DNA from: an uncultured Planctomycetaceae bacterium
Lineage (GTDB): Bacteria; Planctomycetota; Planctomycetia; Planctomycetales; Planctomycetaceae
NCBI GenBank assembly: GCA_963976765.1
Contig: CAXBME010000013.1
Location: 62,001-126,000 of the forward strand
Direction of reading: 5' to 3'
Length of the DNA stretch: 64,000 nt
In this document: positions 40,902-52,926 of the stretch, one piece after another
Layout of the letters: every line of letters starts with the position of its first letter
Numbering within the stretch: the first letter of the stretch is position 1
Made by a program: the position numbers and the translations under genes
Notes under the pieces: model-generated
Seen by the model: only the letters and a program-made list of their open reading frames with translations
What the model was told of the DNA's origin: nothing
Database searches by the model: none

Positions 40902-41240
40902 TTAACAGCGAATCGGAGCCAGCAGGCCGTTGGGATAGCGGTGGCCTGAGATCGCACGTTCGTTAAAAACTTCAGCGTATCGCGTTCGGGAAGCGAGGAT
41001 ACGACACAGAGCCTGACACCTGGGGCGCCCTGTCGATCGTCGATCGGATCTGTTTTTCTGAACGACGATCAGGCACTCTTCGAATTCTTCGTCGCCGAAG
41101 AATTCTACTTCGGCTTCGGAGCTGGATGCCGTCAGAACACCTGCAAACCCCGAACATGGCAACAGAAACGCCAGAAGCAGGAACGCGAAGGTCACCCGAC
41201 CGCGTCGCTTTGTTTTTGACGTTTGGATGTAATCAAACAT
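40902..41240 (-). CDS. Small signal-peptide-bearing protein upstream of SulP-CA
   Basis: Basic n-region and hydrophobic h-region, acidic stretch, Arg-rich stretch, C-terminal GHRYPNGLLAPIRC. Confidence 0.55.
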   Translation of the reverse strand: MFDYIQTSKTKRRGRVTFAFLLLAFLLPCSGFAGVLTASSSEAEVEFFGDEEFEECLIVVQKNRSDRRSTGRPRCQALCRILASRTRYAEVFNERAISGHRYPNGLLAPIRC

Positions 41241-41841
41241 TTCAGCAATGTCCGATGGGCGGTTACCGATTGTGAATTGCCATGAAGCGTGAATTCATTA
41301 TGTGCTGGCCATCGCCCATCGAGGGACGCCATTTGAGTAAAACTTCCGCGAATGCTGAAGAAACACAGAAGAACTCGTACAGCGCCCCGTCAATCTGATG
41401 GCTCAAGTGTCGATCAGGCGTCCCTGAGGCGGCGGCCCGCGATGAACACCGCAACCTTGTCGAGCTGCGATGCAGAAGCGGATAGTCGTACAGCTTCTGC
41501 AGGCCGTAAACCTGGTTCATCATTTCTACTTTGAGTCCTTGAGTATCGGTGCCGACGTTGCGAGGAAGTGGCGGGAGTATAGGTCGTCACCAGCAAATCA
41601 CAGTTCAGTTGGAGGAGATCTGTTCAAAGGTTTGTCTCAGTCTCCAATTTCAGCTGTGAGCAGTCTGACAAAGCTTCCGGTATTGAATCCGGGCTTCTGG
41701 ATTTCTGAGACGCTCGAAGGAGCTGGAATGTGTAACATTTTGTTGACATTGTTGACCCTTACTCTGTCTGTCGGAAATCGCGGTCGCGGCTAAGAGTCCG
41801 CAAAGCATCAGGATCCTGCTGTCGCACCTGCGGACAGAACC

Positions 41842-42400
41842 ATGAAACGAAGCTTTTGTTAAAGGCAGCCAGCGTTATCTCTGCTCTGCTGGCAATGAAC
41901 TTGACCGTGTTCGCGCATCCCGGACATTACCATGCCAGCAGTGGTGAGGATGAAGGTGCATCTGCTGCGGAGCCGGTTGGTAAGTTATCTGACACGGATC
42001 GTTTTTGGCTTGAGTTGTTGCAGCTTCAGGTTCAGCAGTTGAATACCGCTCCGAACGTTCGACTGCTCGCTCTGCAAACGAGGAATGCTCAGGCCGCTGC
42101 CGCTTTTGCACAGCCAGTGATCGCCCGGTTCTTTGGTCCGTCCAGGAAACAGATCGACGTGAGATGGGACAAGGATTGTCTTTACGTCGACTCTAACGGC
42201 CTGCCGAGTCACGACGACGGTGCCATTAGCCGCGAGGAAATCATCGGAGAAGCGTTCGACAATTCTGGCACTTCGCGACGTAGCATTTTTGCGAGAGATC
42301 AGGCTGTCGAGGGGGCACGCGAAGGCGCTAAGAAAATCAGACCGAGTCTGGATTCGTTCTCAAATTCGAATTCGACTGTGCTGAGATTCACCACAGGGAA
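41842..42400 (+). pseudogene. Degraded YHYH-type secreted protein gene fragment
   Basis: ATG at 41842 is one base out of frame with the signal peptide + AHPGHYH; VRWDKDCLYVDSNGLPSH resembles the YHYH-protein N-terminus but jumps directly to an EF-hand-like DDGAISREE; end approximate. Confidence 0.45.
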
Positions 42401-42522
42401 CAGAACACGCAGAGACTTCCGTTGGAGATGTTTCTCTGGGGCTGCGTGCATCTACGTGAGCATTTTCGATACTCTGGTGCATCGTTCGCCGAAGTCGATT
42501 CACCAGACGCTGAAACTCCAGC

Positions 42523-43350
42523 ATGTCCGACTCTCCACAGATTATCGCTCGCCAGGTTGGCATGTCGTATGGCGATGCGCTGCCGAGTCTTGCGGGCATC
42601 GATCTTTCGGTGGCGAAGGGCGAATTTGTTTCGATCGTCGGACCGTCTGGTTGTGGCAAGTCAACACTGCTGAAACTGATTGCCGGGTTACGCACAGCGA
42701 CGTCCGGGCGGTTGACTGTGGACGGCGCTGAGCCTGGCAGATCTCAATGCAAGGCGGCGTTCGTCTTTCAGGAGCCGAACCTGCTGCCGTGGCGGACGGT
42801 TGCGGGGAATGTCCGGCTGCCACTGGAGCTGGGCCAGTCGGGTAAGGCATCAAACAACGTTGAGCCAGACGAGTTGGTGGAGCGGACGATTCAACTGGTT
42901 GGACTTTCCTTGCACGACGCCGCGAAGCGGCCTTCGGAACTGTCCGGCGGGATGCGAATGCGGGTTTCACTGGCCCGATCGCTGGTCACCAACCCGGAGA
43001 TCATGCTGCTCGATGAACCGTTCGCCGCGCTGGACGACATTCTTCGGCAGCAGCTCAATGAAGAGTTGCAGCGGCTGTGGTGGAACAAACGCTGGACCGG
43101 ACTTTTTGTGACACACAACGTTTCCGAAGCGGTGTTTCTCAGTCAGCGAGTATTCGTGATGAGCCGTTCGCCTGGAACGATTCTGGAATCGATCGAAATC
43201 CCGTTCGACTTTCCGCGGACGCCCGAACTGCGTGCGGATCCGGAATTCGCTCGGCTGACCGGAGTTGTCAGCGGCCACTTGCGCCGCGCTGCCGGCATTG
43301 CGGGGACGCAGGTTTCGATCGCGACAGCGGAGGCAACTGAAGATGCCTGA
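42523..43350 (+). CDS. ABC transporter ATP-binding protein, NitT/TauT (TauB/SsuB-like)
   Basis: GPSGCGKST, VFQEPNLLPW, LSGGMRMR, LLDEPFAALD, VTH. Confidence 0.93.
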   Translation: MSDSPQIIARQVGMSYGDALPSLAGIDLSVAKGEFVSIVGPSGCGKSTLLKLIAGLRTATSGRLTVDGAEPGRSQCKAAFVFQEPNLLPWRTVAGNVRLPLELGQSGKASNNVEPDELVERTIQLVGLSLHDAAKRPSELSGGMRMRVSLARSLVTNPEIMLLDEPFAALDDILRQQLNEELQRLWWNKRWTGLFVTHNVSEAVFLSQRVFVMSRSPGTILESIEIPFDFPRTPELRADPEFARLTGVVSGHLRRAAGIAGTQVSIATAEATEDA

Positions 43351-44137
43351 TGCTCCGAAATCGAAAACCGCCCTGCTTTTTCGGTCAGTCGCTCCTCCGT
43401 TGATTCTGTTCGTTGTGCTGCTCGGCCTTTGGCAGTTCTGCGTGTGGTGGTTTGAGCTGAAACCATTTCTGGTTCCAGGTCCGATTCGAGTCGCCTCGGC
43501 TGCTGTGTCGACCTTCGGCAAGCTTGCGGCAGCGACGAAAGTTTCTGCCGCGGCAGCGCTTTCCGGTTTCGCCGCCAGCCTGATCACCGGCGTCGTGATT
43601 GCGTTTTTCTTTTCTCAGTCGCGGCTGATTCGAATCAGCTGTTATCCGTACGCGATTTTTCTGCAGACGGTTCCCATTGTGGCCATCGCCCCGCTGGTGA
43701 TTAACTGGTTTGGATCCGGCTTCCGCAGCATCGTGATCATCACGTTCGTCATCAGTCTCTTTCCAATTATCACGTCGACGACGACCGGCATGACGGCTGT
43801 CGATCCGGAACTGCTCGACCTGTTCCGTCTGAACCGAGCCAGCCGCTGGCAGATCTGGCTGAAGCTTCGACTGCCCAACGCCGTGCCGCATCTGATCACC
43901 GGAGCGAGGACGTCGAGCGGATTGTCTGTTGTGGGAGCTTTGGTCGGAGAATACTTCGCGGGCTTCGGCGTCAACGATTATGGACTCGGATTTCTGATCG
44001 GACGAAATACCAGCCAGATGCGGACCGACGAACTGTTCGCCGCAGTGATCGCGTCGACGCTGCTCGGGATTACAATCTTTGGTGCAGTCAGCATCGTTGG
44101 AGCTTTCATTCTGAACCGCTGGTACGATGTAAAGTAG
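43343..44137 (+). CDS. ABC transporter permease, NitT/TauT family
   Basis: About 6 TM helices, QTVPIVAIAPL, EAA-loop-like LFRLNRASRWQIWLKLRLP, VGEY; start overlaps the ATPase stop. Confidence 0.9.
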   Translation: MPDAPKSKTALLFRSVAPPLILFVVLLGLWQFCVWWFELKPFLVPGPIRVASAAVSTFGKLAAATKVSAAAALSGFAASLITGVVIAFFFSQSRLIRISCYPYAIFLQTVPIVAIAPLVINWFGSGFRSIVIITFVISLFPIITSTTTGMTAVDPELLDLFRLNRASRWQIWLKLRLPNAVPHLITGARTSSGLSVVGALVGEYFAGFGVNDYGLGFLIGRNTSQMRTDELFAAVIASTLLGITIFGAVSIVGAFILNRWYDVK

Positions 44138-44181
44138 ATCCTGAGCAGGCATGTGAATTCAACAACGGTCGGACAAGCAAC

Positions 44182-45582
44182 GTGGCGAAACGGGCATCTC
44201 GTAAAAAAATTCGATTCGAAGCGGCGATTAACGCTGTTGAGTCACCGGTGTTTCTGGTGGATGCGCAGCGTCGGGTTGTTTTTTTGAACGATGGATGTCA
44301 GTCGCTGACAGGTTGGACTCTGGCTGAAGTTGCCGGCAGTGTTTGCGAATTCACCTCGGTCGGAAACGCGACTTTGGTTGAAGCATTAACCGGATCGTTG
44401 TGCCCTCCCCAGGAAACACTTGATGGTGCATCGCGAAGTGTCGTGCGTCACTTCGTTCACAGAAAGACTGGCGAAATCTCGTCGCGCATGGTGCACTTCT
44501 ACCCGCTCGACTCAGATGGGCAGACCGAATTCATCATGGGCATTGTCACAAGCGTCCCAACAAAGACTCATATCCCGGACACGAGCATCGTCACGCAGGT
44601 CCACGCGGAACTCGCCGCCCTTCGACACGGGCTGCGGCAGCAGTACGGCGAGGATTCGATTCTGACACGCAGCATTTCGATGAAACGCGTGATTGACCAG
44701 GTGAAAGCCGCGCGTCAGTCGCGAGCGACGGTTCACATCAGCGGTGAAAAAGGATCCGGGAAGGAACACGTCGCTCGCACAATTCACTACGCCAGCGATC
44801 TTGGACAGCAGGCGTTCGTCCCGATTCAGTGCCGACTGCTGCCACCTCGCGAGCTGCACGAAGCGATTCGCAGAATCGTCGAAGCCGACTGGAGAGAGCG
44901 TCTGCCGATTACTGCTCTGCAGCCCGGCTGCGTATTTCTGGACGATGTTGACACTTTGCCTCGCGATGTTCAGCAGCGGCTGGTCGACTTCATGGCAACT
45001 CCGCGCGGTGCCGACTTTCGGGCCAATGTCCGGCTGCTTTCGTCGAGTCGCGTTGGCCTTGATGCCGCTCGTACTGATGAGCGAATTTCGGACGAGTTCT
45101 ACTATCTGGTGACTTCGCTGCAGATTGAACTTCCACCGTTGCGGCACCGAATGGGCGACCTGAAAATTCTCGCTCAGCATTTTCTCGAACAGAAAAATCA
45201 TGGTCGCGCGAAGCAGGCAACCGGATTTTCGTCGGAAGTCTGGTCGCAGTTTGAAGAGTACAACTGGCCTGGAAATCTCGACGAACTTGACGAAGTGATT
45301 TATGAGGCGTTGTGCAGTTCGGACGGTCCGATCATTCGCGCGGACCATCTGCCGTTTCGGCTCCGGACGGGGCTGGATGCTCAGCGACTGGGGCCGGTTT
45401 CTGCTGGCCCGATCGAAGCGTTGGAACCACTGCTGGAACGGATTGAACGCGAGCAGATTGAGCGGGCTCTCGAAGTGGCAAAGGGCAACAAAGCGAATGC
45501 CGCTCGACTGCTGAAAATTACGCGGCCAAGCCTCTATCGCCGGATGGAGACGCTCGGCTTGTCCGACTCATTGGAGCTATGA
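44182..45582 (+). CDS. PAS + degenerate sigma-54-type AAA+ + Fis-HTH regulator (no GAFTGA)
   Basis: PAS-like N-terminus, GEKGSGKE, FLDDV, LPPLRHR, WPGNLDEL, GNKANAARLLKITRPSLY. Confidence 0.85.
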   Translation: MAKRASRKKIRFEAAINAVESPVFLVDAQRRVVFLNDGCQSLTGWTLAEVAGSVCEFTSVGNATLVEALTGSLCPPQETLDGASRSVVRHFVHRKTGEISSRMVHFYPLDSDGQTEFIMGIVTSVPTKTHIPDTSIVTQVHAELAALRHGLRQQYGEDSILTRSISMKRVIDQVKAARQSRATVHISGEKGSGKEHVARTIHYASDLGQQAFVPIQCRLLPPRELHEAIRRIVEADWRERLPITALQPGCVFLDDVDTLPRDVQQRLVDFMATPRGADFRANVRLLSSSRVGLDAARTDERISDEFYYLVTSLQIELPPLRHRMGDLKILAQHFLEQKNHGRAKQATGFSSEVWSQFEEYNWPGNLDELDEVIYEALCSSDGPIIRADHLPFRLRTGLDAQRLGPVSAGPIEALEPLLERIEREQIERALEVAKGNKANAARLLKITRPSLYRRMETLGLSDSLEL

Positions 45583-45661
45583 CAGACGTGGTGCTACGAA
45601 CGAATTATGAACCACGAAGTATAAACCAGAAAACACGAATCGCTGCGAAGAGGAATTTACT

Positions 45662-46618
45662 ATGAAGGTCACACTTCTCGTCCGTGCACCAAAGAAACCA
45701 GAGAAATGTGTCGTTGTTGAACGCGACGTCGTCATCGGACGAGGGAAGGACTGTAACCTGCAAGTTCTCTCGAACGATGTCAGCCGACAGCACTGCCGGC
45801 TGGTGATTGGCGAATTGGAAGTTGCCGTGCGGGATCTCGGCAGCGGCAACGGTACGTTTATCAACAGCCAGAAAACGGAGCCGAACGTTGACACACCGCT
45901 GATTTCGGGGGACATCGTCCGCATCGGACCACTGGTGATTAAGGTCGAGTTTGAAAGCACGGCATCGTTGCCTGTTTCGCCAGAACCGGTTGCGTCTGTT
46001 CTGGAAGAGCCGTTGCCAGCAGCAAGCAACCCGGTGGTCGAACCGGACACGGAATCGATCGAAGAATCAGCGATCGAGGTTGCCGCCGGGCTGGCGCAGG
46101 GAAACTCTGAGATCGAGGCCATTCCTGAGCCGGCTGACGCCGATGAGCTGCTTCCTGCCGACGATGAGGTCGCTGATGAATTGGCCGTCGAGCCGTTTGC
46201 TGAAGCCGATGACGCCGCCCTGAACGCAGACGAGCCGTCTGTTGAAAACGCGGTACTCGCCGAGCCGCAATCGGGGAAGTTGAAATCGCTGTTCGGAATG
46301 TTCGGAAAGAAAAAGAAATCCAAAGAACCGGAGCCGGAAAACAATTCTGTCGCCACGGAAAGACAATCGGTCGACGTGGCTGATGGAGCAGACTCCGAGC
46401 CTTTGCTCGTTACCGATAATGCAGATTTCGATGAGGAAACTGTTGTCGTCGACGCGGGAAACGCGTTCACTTCGAATGAGGACGAAATGGAACTTCTGGC
46501 CGACGAAGTTGACGAGTTTTCGGAAGAAGATGACTACCTCGATGACGAAATCGAAGAAGAAGCTGTCGATCCAGGATTTGCAGACTTTTTGAATAAAGTC
46601 GATCAGCCACCGACCTGA
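45662..46618 (+). CDS. FHA-domain protein with long acidic disordered tail
   Basis: IGRGKDC, VSRQHC, DLGSGNGTFIN FHA motifs; D/E/P/A-rich C-terminal two-thirds. Confidence 0.88.
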   Translation: MKVTLLVRAPKKPEKCVVVERDVVIGRGKDCNLQVLSNDVSRQHCRLVIGELEVAVRDLGSGNGTFINSQKTEPNVDTPLISGDIVRIGPLVIKVEFESTASLPVSPEPVASVLEEPLPAASNPVVEPDTESIEESAIEVAAGLAQGNSEIEAIPEPADADELLPADDEVADELAVEPFAEADDAALNADEPSVENAVLAEPQSGKLKSLFGMFGKKKKSKEPEPENNSVATERQSVDVADGADSEPLLVTDNADFDEETVVVDAGNAFTSNEDEMELLADEVDEFSEEDDYLDDEIEEEAVDPGFADFLNKVDQPPT

Positions 46619-46649
46619 TTCCGTTTTCAAATTCGACCAAAGGATCTTT

Positions 46650-46718
46650 ACCACAGAGACGCCGAGGGGCACAGAGTGTCTTTCTGTTGAGCCTCTGTGA
46701 TCCACGTGTCTCTGTGGT
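46650..46718. repeat. Periodic palindromic intergenic element (CACAGAG type)
   Basis: ACCACAGAGAC ... GTCTCTGTGGT perfect 11-bp inverted repeat plus inner CACAGAG/CTCTGTG. Confidence 0.7.
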
Positions 46719-46731
46719 TTAATAGTTCGAC

Positions 46732-48684
46732 ATGAAAATCTGGTTTAACAAGGTTCACGACAGTCGGCGTCAGCAGATTGAAACCGACGAGACGGAGATC
46801 TCGATCGGCCGCGACCGGGCTAACGTACTGACGCTGCAAAGCCCGCTGGTGTCCAAGCGGCAGGCCATCATCCGTAGCGATGATGGAAAGCTTCAATTCG
46901 AAAACGTTGGCATCAACAGTTGCATGGTCGGCGATACGGAAGTCATGGGCGGTCAGAGTGTCGGCTTTGCCGCCGGAGAAACGGTTCGAATTGGGCCGTT
47001 CACGCTGACGTTCGAATCCGAAGACGCCGCTCCGATCAGCCGTGCGGAACTGGAAGCTCACCTTCGCACGATCATGGCCGATCTTGAATTACGGGTTCAT
47101 CGTCGGTTGCTCGAACGGTTCGACCTGTACGAACTCGAAGCCAACCGGCTCGGCGACAACGAAAGCATCCTTCTGCTGGAACGACATATTGAAGACGTCT
47201 GTCGCGAGCTGAATCTTTTCGGACCGGAAAATCTTCCGTTGCTGGAAGAGGTCATCGGTCTGAGCCTTCGAGATCTGACGATCAATCAACTGATTCTGGA
47301 AAGTGACCGAAGCACGCTGGACAGCCTCGCGCGGCTGACGTGGAACGAGTACGACGTTCCGCAGACACTGGTTCCAGAGCGTGAGGCCGAACTCGAAAAT
47401 CTGATGCTTTTTATCCGGGAGCGATTGGAACTGGACGGCCAGCCGGATCTCAGTTCGCAAATCCAACGAACTGAGTACAAATTTGCCGGCGTCTTCCCGC
47501 TCGTTCGCCCGCACCTTCATCGGGAATTCAGTCGGTACATCATTCTGCGGCGGCTCAAGAAAGATCTGAAGGACACTGTCTTCGGCTTCGGTCCGCTGCA
47601 GGATCTTTTGCGAGCACCAACCATCACCGAAATCATGGTCGTTAAGAGCGACCAGATTTATGTCGAACGTGACGGCGTGCTGGAACTTTCCGGACGACGA
47701 TTTCTTTCAGACAAGGTCACCGAGTCGATCATCGAACGAATCGTCGCGGGCGTCGGACGGCGAATCGACAAAAGTCAGCCGCTGGTGGACGCTCGGCTTC
47801 CCGACGGCTCGCGAGTTAACGCGATCATCCCGCCGCTGGCTGTACGAGGTCCGTGCCTGACGATCCGAAAGTTCCCGGCGTACCGATTCACGATGGACGA
47901 TCTGATCGAGAAACAGTCGGTCACCTCGGCTGCCGCAATGTTTATCCGAGCGTGCGTTGTCGACAGGAAGAACATTCTGGTCAGCGGCGGAACGGGAACC
48001 GGTAAGACGACAATGCTTAACGTGCTGTCGAGTTTTGTTCCGCATCGCGAACGGATCGTCACGATCGAGGACACGACCGAACTGCAGCTTCATCAGGAAC
48101 ATGTCGTCACGCTGGAATCGAAGCAGGCCAATGTCGAAGGCGTCGGCGAGTACAACATTCGTGACCTCGTCAAGAACGCTTTGCGAATGAGGCCGGACCG
48201 GGTGATCGTCGGTGAATGTCGCGGCGCCGAAGCGCTCGACATGCTCCAGGCTATGAACACTGGCCATGACGGATCGATGACGACGATCCACGCCAACAGC
48301 ACGATCGACGTTCTGAAACGGTTGGAAATTCTGGTGCTGATGGCAGTCGATTTGCCCGTCGTTTCGATTCAGCGGCAGATTGCCTCGGCGATCGACATCA
48401 TCGTCCAGATCGACCGAAAGCCCGGCGGTAAACGAGTGGTTACTCAGATCTCTGAAATCGCCGGCTACGATCCCGACCGCAACGACCTGGTCGTGCATGA
48501 CATCTTTAATTATCGAAACGGCAGGTCTCTGACTCCGACTGGTTACATGCCGACGTTTGCCGAATCGCTGATCGAGAAAGACCTGCTGAAGCTGGAATTT
48601 CTGTACGGCCAGGAAGAGAAATTCGTCGACGACGAAGACGGTCCTGTCGAACAGGCCAACGGACGAGTTTCGAGATTTCTGTGA
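46732..48684 (+). CDS. FHA-domain + CpaF/TadA-family secretion ATPase
   Basis: N-terminal FHA-like IGRDR...VSKRQA; FGPLQDLL, DARLPDGSRVNA, SGGTGTGKTT, IEDTTEL, LRMRPDRVIVGECRG, MNTGHDGS. Confidence 0.9.
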   Translation: MKIWFNKVHDSRRQQIETDETEISIGRDRANVLTLQSPLVSKRQAIIRSDDGKLQFENVGINSCMVGDTEVMGGQSVGFAAGETVRIGPFTLTFESEDAAPISRAELEAHLRTIMADLELRVHRRLLERFDLYELEANRLGDNESILLLERHIEDVCRELNLFGPENLPLLEEVIGLSLRDLTINQLILESDRSTLDSLARLTWNEYDVPQTLVPEREAELENLMLFIRERLELDGQPDLSSQIQRTEYKFAGVFPLVRPHLHREFSRYIILRRLKKDLKDTVFGFGPLQDLLRAPTITEIMVVKSDQIYVERDGVLELSGRRFLSDKVTESIIERIVAGVGRRIDKSQPLVDARLPDGSRVNAIIPPLAVRGPCLTIRKFPAYRFTMDDLIEKQSVTSAAAMFIRACVVDRKNILVSGGTGTGKTTMLNVLSSFVPHRERIVTIEDTTELQLHQEHVVTLESKQANVEGVGEYNIRDLVKNALRMRPDRVIVGECRGAEALDMLQAMNTGHDGSMTTIHANSTIDVLKRLEILVLMAVDLPVVSIQRQIASAIDIIVQIDRKPGGKRVVTQISEIAGYDPDRNDLVVHDIFNYRNGRSLTPTGYMPTFAESLIEKDLLKLEFLYGQEEKFVDDEDGPVEQANGRVSRFL

Positions 48685-48709
48685 CGAAACGTCTAACACT
48701 CCGACAATA

Positions 48710-48750
48710 AAAACGCCTCGCAGGACCAATTGATCCTGCGAGGCGTTTTA
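48710..48750. terminator. Bidirectional Rho-independent terminator
   Basis: AAAACGCCTCGCAGGA-loop-TCCTGCGAGGCGTTTT between convergent genes. Confidence 0.85.
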
Positions 48751-48813
48751 ACTGTGAGACGGGTATTGCCCACCAGATCCAGTCTCCCCGGTGGGCGGTG
48801 CTCACCCTGCGGA

Positions 48814-49974
48814 TTAACGTCGCTGCAGTGTTCCCGTTGCCGGCTGAGTGGCGGCGGCTGGTCGAACGTTGTTGAAGCCTGGCTGGACCTGGCCGGACAC
48901 CTGGCTGATATTGCCGGTCCGGGTGTGGTTCCAGAAGTTGTCAACGGTTGAGGTCTTCTTCAGGTTCTCAAACATCTGAGCAACACCTTCCTGGACTTTT
49001 TCTTCGACCAGATCGGTGTGCAGTTGCTCGCGAACTTCTTCGATGTTCTGAACGATCTGCTCGGTGTAGCCCTCACATTTCAGAATCACGAAGCTGCCGT
49101 GCCCGTACTGGATGATTCCAGAGATTTCGCCCGGCTTCAGATTAAACGCAGCCTGTTCGAGTTTTGGATTGCCTGAGTACTTGGCGATTGGCGGAACAGC
49201 TCCATTCATCGCGCGGCTGGTTGGGTCGATTGAATGTTCGCGAGCCAGTCGATCGAATTCCTGTGGATTCAGCGATGCCTTCTGCCAGACTTCGTTCGCT
49301 CGACGATGGTTGTCCAGCATGATCATCTTCACTTCGACTCGCGAGCCGAAGTTTCGGACGAATGCTTTGTGCATGTCTTCATCAGTCACTTCGACCTTGT
49401 CTCCGGCCAGCTTCTTCAGAGCCAGCATCGGCCAGATCACGTCAGTGCTGTACTGCTCGGGCGTAATGTTTCGCTCGCTTTGCAGCATCTGCAGCCAGGT
49501 CGAAACCGGAATGTTGAACTGCTTGGCGATGCGTGTGATTTCCTGCTCGACTTCCGCCTGAGTCACGACCACTCCGGCGCCTTCGCATGCGAGCTGAATG
49601 ACCGCTCGGTTGATCATGCTGTCGAGCACTTCGTTGCCGACTCGCATGGCACAACGCTCGTAAAGATCCTTCAGAGGAATCTTGATGCTGCGGCCATCGC
49701 GCGTGATGACTGCGGCCGAGGTGCCCTGCTGCGGCTGCGGGCCGACCTGAACACGACCAGGAGCCGGACGTTCGGCAGCTGTTCCCGAGCTGGACGATGT
49801 AAACGCCTGAAATGCCAGGCCTGCCACCAGTACGCAGACGGCGGTGCCCGCAGCGATCAGGACGGCTTTTCGAGGCTGAAACGCGGTTAATCCGAAAGCC
49901 GAAGCATGAGTCGTTTCCGTTCCGGGAGACTCATCTGGGGCGGCGTCTCGGGCGACGTGATTCCCTTCACTCAT
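48814..49974 (-). CDS. Membrane-anchored parvulin-type peptidyl-prolyl isomerase (PrsA/SurA-like)
   Basis: TM helix, SurA-N-like helices, FDRLAREHSID...G, AAFNLKPGEISGII; start set to ATG 49974. Confidence 0.88.
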   Translation of the reverse strand: MSEGNHVARDAAPDESPGTETTHASAFGLTAFQPRKAVLIAAGTAVCVLVAGLAFQAFTSSSSGTAAERPAPGRVQVGPQPQQGTSAAVITRDGRSIKIPLKDLYERCAMRVGNEVLDSMINRAVIQLACEGAGVVVTQAEVEQEITRIAKQFNIPVSTWLQMLQSERNITPEQYSTDVIWPMLALKKLAGDKVEVTDEDMHKAFVRNFGSRVEVKMIMLDNHRRANEVWQKASLNPQEFDRLAREHSIDPTSRAMNGAVPPIAKYSGNPKLEQAAFNLKPGEISGIIQYGHGSFVILKCEGYTEQIVQNIEEVREQLHTDLVEEKVQEGVAQMFENLKKTSTVDNFWNHTRTGNISQVSGQVQPGFNNVRPAAATQPATGTLQRR

Positions 49975-50291
49975 CGCATAACTCCAATTCAAGATATAGC
50001 AGGCGGTGCCCGCGCATGGTCCACTCCGTTGGCCATGTGTCATCGGCGGCGGTTTATAAGGCAGTTTCGAAAATGGGGTCAACGTCGCTTTTTTGCCGCA
50101 AATTCAGCAGGTCTGAGCGAGGCAGGAAGTTCGCGGGAGGCGGTTGAGTGGAAATCCGCCGTCAGGCCGGAGACGATTCGCGGATCCCGAGGGTGGCCCA
50201 GTCATTCTGGCTGGGCCACCCTGCGATCAGCCTTACGACCATTTCCTGCAAACCTTGCTGAATTCACTCACGACGGAAAGCTCGCGCCACG

Positions 50292-52913
<2,622 letters not shown>

Positions 52914-52926
52914 AAGGCGTCTGGAA

